This document shows positions 50,851 to 62,412 of a stretch of DNA of 64,000 nt, in pieces. The DNA comes from Octopus bimaculoides (taxonomy: Eukaryota). The stretch lies in NCBI RefSeq assembly GCF_001194135.2, contig NC_068982.1, positions 93,457,301 through 93,521,300 of the forward strand, read 5' to 3'. How positions within the stretch are numbered: position 1 is the stretch's first letter; each line of letters begins with the position of its first letter. Below the pieces are notes generated by a model, which was not told the DNA's origin, searched no databases, and saw only the letters and a program-made list of their open reading frames with translations. The position numbers were made by a program, and so were the translations under genes.

Positions 50851-51124
50851 NNNNNNNNNNNNNNNNNNNNNNNNNNNNNNNNNNNNNNNNNNNNNNNNNN
50901 NNNNNNNNNNNNNNNNNNNNNNNNNNNNNNNNNNNNNNNNNNNNNNNNNNNNNNNNNNNNNNNNNNNNNNNNNNNNNNNNNNNNNNNNNNNNNNNNNNNN
51001 NNNNNNNNNNNNNNNNNNNNNNNNNNNNNNNNNNNNNNNNNNNNNNNNNNNNNNNNNNNNNNNNNNNNNNNNNNNNNNNNNNNNNNNNNNNNNNNNNNNN
51101 NNNNNNNNNNNNNNNNNNNNNNNN

Positions 51125-51156
<32 letters not shown>

Positions 51157-51489
51157 TGGGTACTCTCCTGCACAACCTGATTAACTATATGGATGACTAG
51201 GCCTTATTCCACTCTGCCCAATATTTAGCCATCTCAGCTGTAATTCCTGATGGACCAAGAACAGGGGAAACAAATCTGTTACAATAAAATATAACTGTGT
51301 ACTCTAGAAATGAAAAATCAAAATAATTGGGAAGGGCCTGTAGGACAATTAATGGAAAAGACAAAAGAGACAATATACAGACATGGATGAAACCATTTCA
51401 TCAGCTAATTTTTTATTGTTATAATTTCAGTGATGGAAAGAGTTAGTATTGCTTGTCAAGAAAGTACCAGGATAAAAATAAATCAAAAC

Positions 51490-51800
51490 AAAATCGAATC
51501 TAATAAGTGGACATACGACTTATATATATCCTATGCAGCCTGAGTCAGATTCTGAATGTCTGGTGGACTGGATTGCTAACAATGAGGTCCTGACTCTCAC
51601 ACATCCCCCTGATCTTACTGAAACACTGATGCCTCCACTCTTTAGGCCATATAAGCCATATATCAGATTGAGAAATCCCAAAAGATCTGCTGTATGATGA
51701 ACTGTTCTCTGGCAAGGGAACATGAAGACAACCCTGCTTTCATTGCAAACAGTTCTGCAATAGAAATATGATGTCAATTTACAGGAACATTAAAGGTGGA
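51490..51800 (+). mobile_element. Decayed RTE/BovB-like ORF2 C-terminal fragment
   Basis: GHISHISD*EIPKDLLYDELFSGK resembles the RTE GH..RM...RIPK..LYGEL..GKR motif. Confidence 0.6.
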
Positions 51801-52289
51801 AGATCGTTACTGATGATCACTCTCACTTGAGACTAGAACTATAAAAGTGTTTAAAATAATAGAAGAGGCAGAGATGGAAAAACAGCACCTTCAAAGACAT
51901 TTGCTGTAGCTGAGGCTGTCCCTCATATATAGGTCTCTATAGTCATATCAGATGCTTCTCTGCCAACAAGACCAAAGTAAAACATTCCAGGTACAGATCC
52001 AGTGGTCTTGTAGGACAAAACAGATGCCCCCAGTATATATATGTATGTATGTATATATGTATATGTATGTATCTAACTGGCACCTATGTCAGTGGCATGT
52101 AAAAAACACTCACTACATTCTTGGAGTGGTTGACATTAAGAAGGGTATCCAGCTGCAGAAACCATGCCAAATCAGATTGGCAGCTTACTAGCTTTCCTTG
52201 TAAGCCATTTGAGGTAGGGCAATTGTTTTGGCCAGTTTTTCCCGGCACAAAACAGAATTTCATGCAAGCATGTTGTTCCTTCATTTATG

Positions 52290-52900
52290 CCATCACTAAA
52301 AGCCAAGTATAAGGGTTTATCTTTGGCTAGGTATTTCTCCTGCAGTTGCCGTACCAGGAATATAGCATCAGTAGTGCTTCTACCTGGCACAAAACCGAAC
52401 TGCATCTAAGCAAACTCTCTCCCTAGTTAGTTGGGCTATGACCCTCTCCATGACCTTCATCACTTGATACAGCAGTTTGATACCTTTGTAGCAGTTGACT
52501 GTGGTGCTGCTACTCCAGTCATTAGGTATGACTCCATCATGAACTACCTGGTTTACAATATAGGTGACTAGGCCATAGCCACACCACCAGATGTTTTAAG
52601 CATCTCAGCAGTGATTCCTGATGGGCCGGGGGCTTTTCCTGGCTTCATACCCTTAATTGCTTTATCTACCAGGGTGCTATCTATTCGGATAGCTGGTCCC
52701 TCTACTGGGTCAACATTTGGCAGGCTCTCCTCCTCCCATTCATTCTCCACATTCAGCAGTCTTTCATAATGGCTTCTCCAAGCCTCTTTCTTTTCCAAAT
52801 CCTTAAAAGCAAGTTCACCACCATTCATGCAGACACATTCCTCTCCTGTGACATCACAATTTTCTCTCACACACTGTCTTGCAATCTGAAATACTTCAGT
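52290..52900 (-). mobile_element. RTE LINE RT N-terminal fragment
   Basis: MQFGFVPGRSTTDAIFLVRQLQEKY and KAPGPSGITAEMLK. Confidence 0.9.
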
Positions 52901-53044
52901 TCTTTGGTCCTCACATCGCTGGACAAGACAAGGCATAAATAATGGTCATTACATATTTCTTTATCGTAGTAAAACAAGCACACACACACACATACACATA
53001 TATATTTATATCTTATACACACAAACACACACACACATACATGT

Positions 53045-53510
53045 ATACATGGTTGTGTGGCTAAGAAGATCATTTCCTAGCCATTTAGTTTCAGCTTCAA
53101 TCCCATTGTGTCACCTTGAGTAAGTGTCTTCTACTATAGCTTCAGGTCCAACAACAAAGCCTCGTGAATGGATTTGGTAGAAGGAAACTGAACGAAGATT
53201 GCCATATACAATGTATGAAATGATGCACATATATGTGTGTGTATGTGTGTTGGTCTGTTTGTATCTCTTTGTCTTGCATTGTGTGGTAATTGTAAATGAG
53301 CCTCACTGTCATATGAGCAGTGGCTTTCATTTCCCATCTTCCATGAAGACATGTCCAGCCACGGGGAAATTGTGCCTTGCTGGTAAAAAGTGATGGTTGG
53401 CAACAGGAATGACATTTGACTGCAGAAAATCTGGTTCAATGAATTTTGTCCAATCAATGCAGTCATGGAACAGTGAACATTAAATCAATGATGATGATGA
53501 TGATGATGGT
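53045..53510 (+). mobile_element. Family-2 SINE with (GAT)n tail
   Basis: GGTTGTGTGGCTAAGAAG head, TGTCACCTTGAGTAAGTGTCTTCTACTATAGC core, GGATTTGGTAGAAGGAAACTGAA. Confidence 0.8.
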
Positions 53511-53593
53511 GATATCTTCTCATGCATGGCAATATATCATGCCATCAAGCCAAGTGAAATTGTAATCATGGCTGATGCCAGTATCATGTAACT

Positions 53594-53869
53594 CAGGGGT
53601 TTTCAAACTGTGGTCCGCGGACAAGACAGGGGGTCTGTAGACAGCAAATACTTTTTATGGGCAATTTGATTCTATATATGTTTTTTAATCGAAATCTTTT
53701 AATTGACAGTAAACCTATTTGTTAAATACTGCTAAATAAATAAATGTAAAAATATATGTTATTTTAAGCAAATATTTATGTATAAATTTCATAAGCGTTT
53801 ATAAGGGGTCCCTAAAGTAAAGCCTGAAATATTAAGGGGTCCGCAAGTCAAAAAGTTTGAAAACCCCTG
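53594..53869. mobile_element. hAT (Charlie-like) MITE
   Basis: Perfect 16-bp TIR CAGGGGTTTTCAAACT / AGTTTGAAAACCCCTG and perfect 8-bp TSD ATGTAACT (53586-53593 and 53870-53877). Confidence 0.95.
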
Positions 53870-53989
53870 ATGTAACTGACACCTATACCAGTGGCACATA
53901 AAAGCAACCATTACACATTTGGACTGGTTGGCATTAAGAAGGGTATCCAGCTGTAGAAACTAAATGGTCAAGGTTTTTTTAAAAAATGA

Positions 53990-54416
53990 TGAGCATTGGG
54001 ACCTTGCATTTACTGAAATATCAGTATCAAATTCTCCAAGGAAACTTCGTAACTTTTTTGCAATTATACTGAACATGTATCAACTTGGTAGTCTCCAATA
54101 GCTTTGGATGAAACATCATGAGGACATGGCTGAGGACTTAAAGTATGCTGTTCAACAGACAAACCCAAATATCAATATTCGGTTTTCTGAAACAATTTTT
54201 AACCAAGCACTGATTGAAATTGAGGATCAAGTTTTCACTATGGGAGGCAAAAATTTGCAAGAGTCTGACTTTGGACTGCCAAAACCAAACTGTCAAATTA
54301 GTGATTTAACTTCAAGAGGCATAGCAAGAGACAAATTATGACAGGGTTGCATTTGTGAACAAACATGAACCTAAACTTCTTCCAGAACAACACTGTGCAT
54401 ATGATCAAATTTTTCG

Positions 54417-54420
<4 letters not shown>
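53990..54420 (+). mobile_element. Helitron RepHel fragment (Rep-helicase linker)
   Basis: SPRKLRNFFAIIL...LWMKHHEDMAEDL...IFNQALIEIEDQV...DFGLPKP. Confidence 0.75.
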
Positions 54421-54455
<35 letters not shown>

Positions 54456-54705
54456 TGTTTTATATTATGAATTCAGAATTAATTTCCCAATTGAAGAATA
54501 AATTGTATCATAATTGAAAAATAAATTGAATTTAGAATAACAAATTNNNNNNNNNNNNNNNNNNNNNNNNNNNNNNNNNNNNNNNNNNNNNNNNNNNNNN
54601 NNNNNNNNNNNNNNNNNNNNNNNNNNNNNNNNNNNNNNNNNNNNNNNNNNNNNNNNNNNNNNNNNNNNNNNNNNNNNNNNNNNNNNNNNTATATATATAT
54701 ATATA

Positions 54706-55291
54706 TCTGTAAATAATATGTGACAATTATTCGGTAGCCATGTTTTGGATGTCAGGGCAGAAACCCACGCTGCCATCTCTTCAGTCATCTGGCCATCGAA
54801 AAAATGGTATGAAAATGACTGTTAAAGAAAAGGAAATTACTGTGTGATTGACTGCTATTAAGACAAAAGAGCTATTAGAATGACCGCTAAGTAAGGGGAG
54901 GGAGTAAAAATGCCTATAGTATTCGCATAAGTGCACCGATCCATATATATATTTTTTTTTTGGTGAATGTGTGGGTGAGCATATGTGTGTTTCAAGTGAG
55001 GGTGGATGAGTATATACATATAGGCGCATGTACGTGGGTGTACGGGTGCGCATGTGTATGTATGGATTGGTGCGCTTACGCGAATACTATGGACATTTTT
55101 ACTCCCTTACCTTTACTCCTTCCCCTCACTTAGTGGTCATTCTAATAGATCTTTTGTCTTAATAACGATTTTCATAGCATTTTTTCGATGGCCAGATAAC
55201 TGAATAGATGGTGGCGTGGGTTTCTGCTCCAACATCCAAAACTCGGAGTTTTGTCATGGCTACTGAATAATTGTCACATATTATTTACAGA
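54706..55291. mobile_element. Foldback/MITE with about 230-bp inverted arms, same termini as 33897-34141
   Basis: TCTGTAAATAATATGTGACAATTATTCGGTAGCCATG ... CATGGCTACTGAATAATTGTCACATATTATTTACAGA. Arms pair through AATACTAT/ATAGTATT. Confidence 0.8.
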
Positions 55292-55369
55292 TAAATTCCT
55301 CTATTTACATAATATCTAGGTCTCTTTCTTTCTTTTGTTGTCTTACCTTTTCTATCAATATATATCATC

Positions 55370-55830
55370 ATCATCATCATCATCGTTTAACGTCTGCTTT
55401 CCATCTTAGCATGGGTTGGACGATTTGACTGAGGACTGGTGAACCAGAAGGCTACACCAGGCTCCAATCTGATTTAGCAGAGTTTCTACAGCTGGATGCC
55501 CTTCCTAACGCCAACCACTCCGAAAGTGTAGTGGGTGCTTTTATGTGCCACCGGCACAAAGGCCAGTCAGGAGGTACTGGCAATGGCCACGCTCAAAATG
55601 GTGTATTTTACATGCCACCTGCACAGGAACCAGTCCAGCGGTACTGGCAATGAGCTTGCTCGAATGTCTTTTCACGTGCCACTGGCACAAGTGCCACGAA
55701 GGCGACGCTGGTAACGATCACACTCAAATGGTGCTATTTACGTGCCACCGGCACGGAAGCCAGACAGCTGGTGCTCTGGCAATTATCACACTCGGACAGT
55801 GCTCTTAGTGATCTTCTGGTACAGGTGCCA
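55370..55830 (-). mobile_element. RTE 3' UTR/tail copy
   Basis: (CAT)n tail and internal tandem units as at 40260 and 46572. Confidence 0.85.
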
Positions 55831-57630
55831 TATACATATGTATAGGTGAAGGAACAAACATGAAAATTACAACAGGGAAATCAAGATACAATAGAATTTA
55901 AGATATTAGTTAGAGAAATGATAAGAAAAGCGTTTCAAAGTTTCAGGCGTGGCCCTTCATCTGAAGGAAACAACAGAAAAAAACAAAAAACTGAATACCT
56001 TATTGGGATAGAGATAAAAAGAAGTCCGTGTGCCAATTTCAATTACATCACATGAGAAATGACTAGGAAGTGAGAAAGAGATAAGAACAAAGTTACAAAG
56101 AACATAAGAACACGGAAGAGTGGGAAAGTACAGATGGATGTGGAATGTGTAGATGTGTGTATATGCCTCTGTGTGTGTGTGAATGTTCAGTGTGTGTAGA
56201 TTATTCTATGCCTATTTTTGTTGTATGAGTTTTGTGTAATTATGTGTATTGTGTTGGTGTGTATGAGTGTATGTGTATACATGTGTGTGTGTACAAGGCA
56301 ATTAGAGATGGTGTGATGCATGTGTGTTTGTGGCTGTTGAATGTGTAGATGTGTTTATTTCGGGGTGTGTACCTGTTTGTTGTATTCTTTTAGATGTGTA
56401 TAAGGTATTCTGACAGTGGTCTGGGTGACAATTGAGTGTATGTATATGACATCCATGACCATATGGACACATGTGTATATTTATCTTATATGTATGAGTA
56501 TTTTGTAGCTGTTTAGAACATTAAGTTTATGTAGATTCCCAACTGTGACAGAAGGTTGGTGTAGTATATGTACATGTTGATGCAGGTGTGTGTGTTTTTG
56601 TGTACATTTGTTTGGATTGTGTGTGTTGTATAAATATGTTGCTTTAATGTGTATGTGAAGTGATTAGGGTTGGTGGGGTGTAGGTGCATACATACACTTA
56701 CTTTCTCTCTCTTATCTGTATCTATCTATTTATATCTAACTATCTCTCTCTCGCTCTCTCTCTCTCTATCTGTATCTATCGATCTATATCTAACTATCTC
56801 TCTCTCTCTCACACACAAACACACACCTGACGGAGCCACTTCTATCATCACACATTACCTTCTCTTGTCTTTGTCCACCTCTCTAATTGCTCATCATTTC
56901 CCTACTATCTCCATTCAAATAACTGTTTTTGTCATCTTACTCTTGCTCCTTTCCATTCTAGCACTTCTACCGACAGTGTATTAAGCACCACTGCCTTTGC
57001 TGATACCATGACAAATAACTTCCCTAGCAAATTTTCTGGAGTGGTTGGTAAGCATGTAGAGGAAAACTAGAGATGAGAGATTCTTTTACTTCTGTTTCAT
57101 CAAGGACATCTTTAGTGCTGGTGCCACAAGAAAATGCACCCAGTGACTTCTGTAAAGTGGTTGATAACAGAAAGAACATCCAGTCATAGAAATTAATCCA
57201 AAATGACACAAAGTAGCACCAGTCTATAAGAGCAGTGGATACCAATAAGAACTGGCTCAATCCCTGACAACCCATCAAATCTATACCAGCATGGGAAGCA
57301 GATGTAAAATGATGATCATGGTGGTGATGGTGATATGTGTATTTTAGCATAAATGTATGTGAATGTTGATCTTCCACTCTTGTCACTGCTTGAGTGGAAA
57401 GGTGATGATGCTAATATCCCTTGCTAACATTATAACTAGTCACTTTGCACATTTCTAGACCTCTGGAATTAAAAAGTCCTAATTCGAAAATCAGGTGAGG
57501 GTTGACCACATGAAGAGCTGTCTGTAAAATCCTGTCTTGAATAATTCTGTCCAGCCCATGTTGGCATTGAAATATGAATGTTTAACAAATGAATGACATA
57601 TAAATGAACTTCAACTGTGTCCATTTATAT

Positions 57631-57973
57631 ATGTGGTTCCCAACCAGGGTCCATATGGCCCCTGAGGGTCAATATAAGACTTCTGGGGGTCCACACAACA
57701 AAATAGTAAATTTAGGATCCACAATAGTATTTTAAGGACCCCTGAGAAGTTTTGTTTCAGATGTATGTATTGGTATATATTGCAAGAAACAGCTAAGTTT
57801 CTTTGTCTAACATTTTACATAGTTCAACTTACACAAGTTAATGTGTGAAAAATAAAATAAGAATTTTGAAGAAGTGGCTTTAAAACTAGTTTTTAAACAT
57901 CAAATGGCTATGGGGATCACCAAAATAAAATAGTACTCAAAGGGGTCTATAGATAAAAAGTGGTTGAGAACTG
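57631..57973. mobile_element. hAT MITE (decayed)
   Basis: GTGGTTCCCAACC ... GGTTGAGAACTG termini. Confidence 0.65.
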
Positions 57974-58213
57974 TTTACATCAGTGGTTCTCAACCATTTT
58001 TTGCCTGTGGACCCTTTTTATTCCTATTTGACTCTACTGGACCCCAGTAGCCTTTTGAAGTTTAAAAAAAAATCCCATTATAATTTTATAATTAAATATT
58101 ACTAGCAAACTTACCCATCTACGATGGGTGAAAAGAGCAGGGTGCAAATCAAGACAGTTTAAGTTGTAATGTACTTACTTTAATTCATTATATTTCATAG
58201 TGCCAAACTATAT

Positions 58214-58607
58214 TTGTTGTTGGCCCTCCGTTGCTTACGACGTCGAGGGTTCCAGTTGATCCAATCAACGGAACAGCCTGCTCGTGAAATTAACGTGCAA
58301 GTGGCTGAGCATTTCACAGACACGTGTACCCTTAACGTAGTTCTCGGGGATATTCAGCGTGACACAGTGTGACAAGGCTGACCCTTTGAATTACAGGCAC
58401 AACAGAAACAGGAAGTAAGAGTGAGAGAAAGTTGTGGTGAAAGAGTAAAGCAGGGTTTGCCACCATCCCCTGCCGGAGCCTTGTGGAGCTTTAGGTGTTT
58501 TCGCTCAATAAACACTCACAATGTCCAGTCTGGGAATCGAAACCGCAATCCTATGACCGCGAGTCCGCTGCCCTAACCAGTGGGCCATTGCGCCATTGCG
58601 CCTCCAC
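58214..58607 (-). mobile_element. Full-length tRNA(Arg)-like SINE with (AAC)n tail
   Basis: GGAGGCGCAATGG...TGGTTAGGGCAGCGGACTCGCGGTCATAGGATTGCGGTTTCGATTCCC. 12-bp TSD GCCAAACTATAT at 58202-58213 and 58608-58619. Confidence 0.92.
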
Positions 58608-58695
58608 GCCAAACTATATAGTGTACCTTATTGAACAATATATATGTAAAGATAGGAGAGTATTATAGTTCGCTTGAAGCATTGTGTACTGTTTG

Positions 58696-60809
58696 TAAAG
58701 AATAAAATGCTTTAAATGGTACAACAATGCACTATAATACAAAAAAAGTGGACTATATACCTGTTGTAATTTAGTCATTCATAGTCTGATAATATTTCGG
58801 AATAAAATTCCTTCTTCAGATATTCTTAGATGGAGTCACTGCTATAATCGGTTTTCCATCAGCTTTTTTTTTTTTCAGAAGCGTCTCAGGAGTGGCCTCA
58901 CAAAGCTCCTTCCGGAATTCCTCATGAGAAGTGTGTGACGTTGGCCATGTCTCAGTCTCATGTGTGCTGGCACATCCATAGCGCTGCTTCTAAGTTATGT
59001 ATTATATATGCAGCTTCCTTTTTTTCCATTCTTTTTTTTCTTGTTATAAACAATAAATGTGCATATTATCAAAAATGAACCTACACACATCCAGATGTAG
59101 CTAAATAATATATTGATTACCAACTTCTAGCCTGTTGTTAATTTGGGGTCCTAGTCTGTGTATGAGTGTAGCTTCCTTAATACTTAAATTACCCAAATTT
59201 CTTTCATTGGCCTCAATTGTGACTGTTATGCTTTTGTCGGTGTTCCGGCATCTGTCTAGATGCTTTCTGAAGGGGGAGGCTCTCGTGTTCAGATGTTCTT
59301 TGATGCGGATGTGTAACGGTCTTGTGCTAACCACATAAAACTTGTTGCATTTGTTATATGAGAGTTAAGCTCTTGCAAACAAATCAACACTTCATTTTCA
59401 ATGCAAGGATTAAGCTGGTTGACATTATTCTGATGCATGAGATCATGTGCTAATTCAAGTTTCCACTCTTCCCAAAAGGATCAAGGATCAGGTGGCCTGC
59501 AATATATCAACATGATGGCAAAAAAACTCTCTAATGATGGCAAAAAAAAAACTCTCTATACACAACATTTACCCGTTGGCATAAATCTGTGTCATGGATG
59601 GGACAGTTTGTTAGTGTGCATTAATTGTTGTCCCTTGTTCATTTCTTTGTGAGGTGTCCTCTCAGAGAGGGGCCGGAGTAGGCTAGTTGTATGTCTAGCC
59701 CTTCTCTTCTTATAACTCTTTGAATGGCTTTATTTATCTTCTCGCTAAAATTAGGTATTTTAAGGAAGCATGTGTTGCTGGGTTTTCTATGTGTTCGGTG
59801 TGTTTGTCGTCTTGGGCACTTAAGCCAATTTACAATGGATCTAGGGTACCTGTTGGTTTTCAATATATCTAGGAAGCGTGTAGTGTAGGTCACCTTGTCC
59901 TCCGTTCTGCTGTACTTGCCCTGATGCATGCAAGTTCATTTCTGACATATCCTATTTTGGCACCGAGTGGAAGTGCTGAATTGTATTGGACAAACATATC
60001 TCTACTGGAAGAGAAGGACTAGACATACAACTAGCCTATTCCAGCTCCTCTCTGAGAGGACACCTTGCAAAGAAAAGAAACAAGAGACAACAATCAATGC
60101 ACACTAACAAACCGTCCCATCTGTGACACAGATTTATGCCAACAGGTAAATGTTATGTATAGAATACAATGTAACAAATGCAACAAGTTCTATGTGGGTA
60201 GCACAACAAGACCATTACACATCCACATCAAAGAACATCTGAACAGATGCCGGAATACTGACAAAAGCATAACAGTCACAATTGAGGCCAATGAAAGAAA
60301 TTTGGGTAATTTAAGAATTAAGGAAGCTCATACACAGACTAGGGCCCAAAATTAACAACAGGCTGCAGGTTAGTAATCAATATATTATTTAGCTACATCT
60401 GGATGTGTGTAGGTTCATCTTGATAGTATGCACATCTATTGTCTATAACAAAAAAAAAAAAAGAAAGGAGAAAAAAGAAGGGAAAAAAGGAAGTTGCATG
60501 TATAATACATAACTTAGAAGCAGCGCTACGGATGTGCTAGCACACACAAGACTGAGACATGGCCAACACTTCTCATAAGGAATTCCGGAAGGAGCTTCAT
60601 GAGACCATTGCTGAGACGCTTCTGAAAAAAAAAAAAAGAAAGCTGTTGGAAAACCAATTATAGCAGCGACTCCATCTAAGAATATCTGAAGAAGGAATTT
60701 TATTCCGAAATATTATCAGACTATGGATGACTAAATTACAACAGGTATATAGTCCACTTTTTTTGTATTATAGTGCATTGTTGTACCATTCAAAACATTT
60801 TATTCTTTA
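58696..60809. mobile_element. Penelope-like element as a divergent inverted pair (- copy 58696-60007, + copy 60008-60809)
   Basis: GIY-YIG motif YRIQCNKCNKFYVGSTTRPLHIHIKEHL on + and its mirror on -. Long inverted arms 58696-59709 and 60008-60809. Confidence 0.9.
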
Positions 60810-61629
60810 TACATGTAAACATTTACATAGCACATTCATGGTGTTATCTTTACAAAACCTCTTTGTAAACAATATTCACCATTTGTCCACAACTAAGTTT
60901 CAAATTAGCTGAATCCATTGCCCTACTCATCACGAAATGCAGCTGGCTGTGTGTGAACATGGGAGAAGGCAGAAACACACCGACGCAATCCAAAGTCTGG
61001 CCCTGAGACTTGTTGGCCATAAAGGAGGAGGCTAATTTGATAGGAAACTGCCTGCATCGTAATTGGAATGGAAACTGATTATCTGAAGGTATCAGAGGTA
61101 TCCAAGGTATAAACAGACGGTTGCCAGTGTGAGGACCAGTTGCTATCACTGCTTTGATGACATGAGAGTTAAGCTCTTGCAGACGAATCAACACTTCATT
61201 TTCAATGCGAGGATTAAGCTGGTTGACATTATTCTGATGCATGAGATCACATGCTAATTCAAGTTTCCACTCTTCCCAAAAGGATCAAGGATCAGGTGAT
61301 GGCAACATGATGGCAAAAAAACTCTCTAAGGGAATCACCAAAATGAATACTTGCAGCTTCTTCCATTGCATGGTGTATTTCTCGATCATCATGTATGAGC
61401 CCATGTCTTAGGCATGCTTCTTGAAATGTTGAATCATATGGACCCCAGTTGGGAACCACTGGTTTATATCAAGGCTTCTTATATATATACTGAACAAATA
61501 GGGTGTTTCCACACCTTTTCACCATAAGAGAAATATTTTCTCTCCAGTAACTGCAGTGAATCTGCCTTTTAGCAGTTGAAATATGTCACAAACATATTTT
61601 AAATAACCTAAACTTTGGATGTATATATA

Positions 61630-61870
61630 TTGTGGAAGCACATGGTTTAGTGGTTAAGGGGGTTGGTTTATGACCATTAGATTATGATTTTAATTCCTGG
61701 ACTATGTGATACATTGTGGTCCTGAGCAAAAGACTTTGTTTTATGTTGCTCCGGTCCACTCCATTGGCAAATATGAGTGTTCCTGAAATGGACTGGTGTC
61801 CCATTCAGAGGGAAGTATATATGCCAGAGAATTCAAGAAACCGAACCTATGAGTGAGTATGACCCAGGAA
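61630..61870 (+). mobile_element. tRNA-derived SINE (degenerate)
   Basis: GGAAGCACATGGTTTAGTGGTTAAG head and TGTGGTCCTGAGCAAAAGACTTTG core. Confidence 0.65.
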
Positions 61871-61899
61871 GGGGCTTTATCATTTCATATATATATATG

Positions 61900-62412
61900 A
61901 CTGGCACCCATGCCAACCTTCCTTCATTGGACACTAAACTCAGCTTGTGAAGTCCTGTTGGGGCAAATGAGATCAAAACTGAACCAAATTTGATACTGGC
62001 ACCCGTGCCAGTGGAGCGCTAACAGCACCATCCGAGTGGGATCACTGCCAGAGCAGCGGTCTCGCTTCTGTGACGGTGGCATTTGAGCGCAATCATTTCC
62101 AGCTTTGCCTTACTGGTACTTGTGCCGGTGGCATGTGAACAAAACATTGGACTGACTTCTGTGCAGGTGGCACGTAAAAAACACCATTTGAGCATGGCCG
62201 TTGCCAGTACCGCTGGACTGGCCCTCATGCCGGTGGCACATAAGAAGCACCCACTACACTCTCGGAGTGGTTGGCGTTAGGAAGAGCATCCAGCTGTAGA
62301 AACTCTTCCAGATCAGTTTGGTGTCTGGTGTAGCCATCTGGTTTGCCAGTCCCCAGTCAAATCGTCCAACCCATGCTAGCATGGAAAGCGGACGTTAAAT
62401 GATGATGATGAT
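61900..62412 (+). mobile_element. RTE 3' UTR/tail copy
   Basis: GCACCCACTACACTCTCGGAGTGGTTGGCGTTAGGAAGAGCATCCAGC...GGACGTTAAATGATGATG. Confidence 0.88.

Larger units (their letters stand above)
58102..61440 (-). mobile_element. Internally deleted Helitron carrying the PIF1-type helicase C-terminus
   Basis: 3' hairpin ACCCATC-N3-GATGGGT then CTAG|T at 58102. Coding remnant TFQEACLRHGLIHDD...LREFF... and RQFPIKLAS..ANKSQGQTLDCVGVFL...NIVYKEVL*. 5' TC end not found. Confidence 0.8.
57981..61461. mobile_element. hAT MITE split by a Helitron (arms about 57981-58101 and 61440-61461)
   Basis: TIR CAGTGGTTCTCAACC / GTTGGGAACCACTG. 8-bp flanks GTTTACAT and GTTTATAT (7/8 match). Confidence 0.7.
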
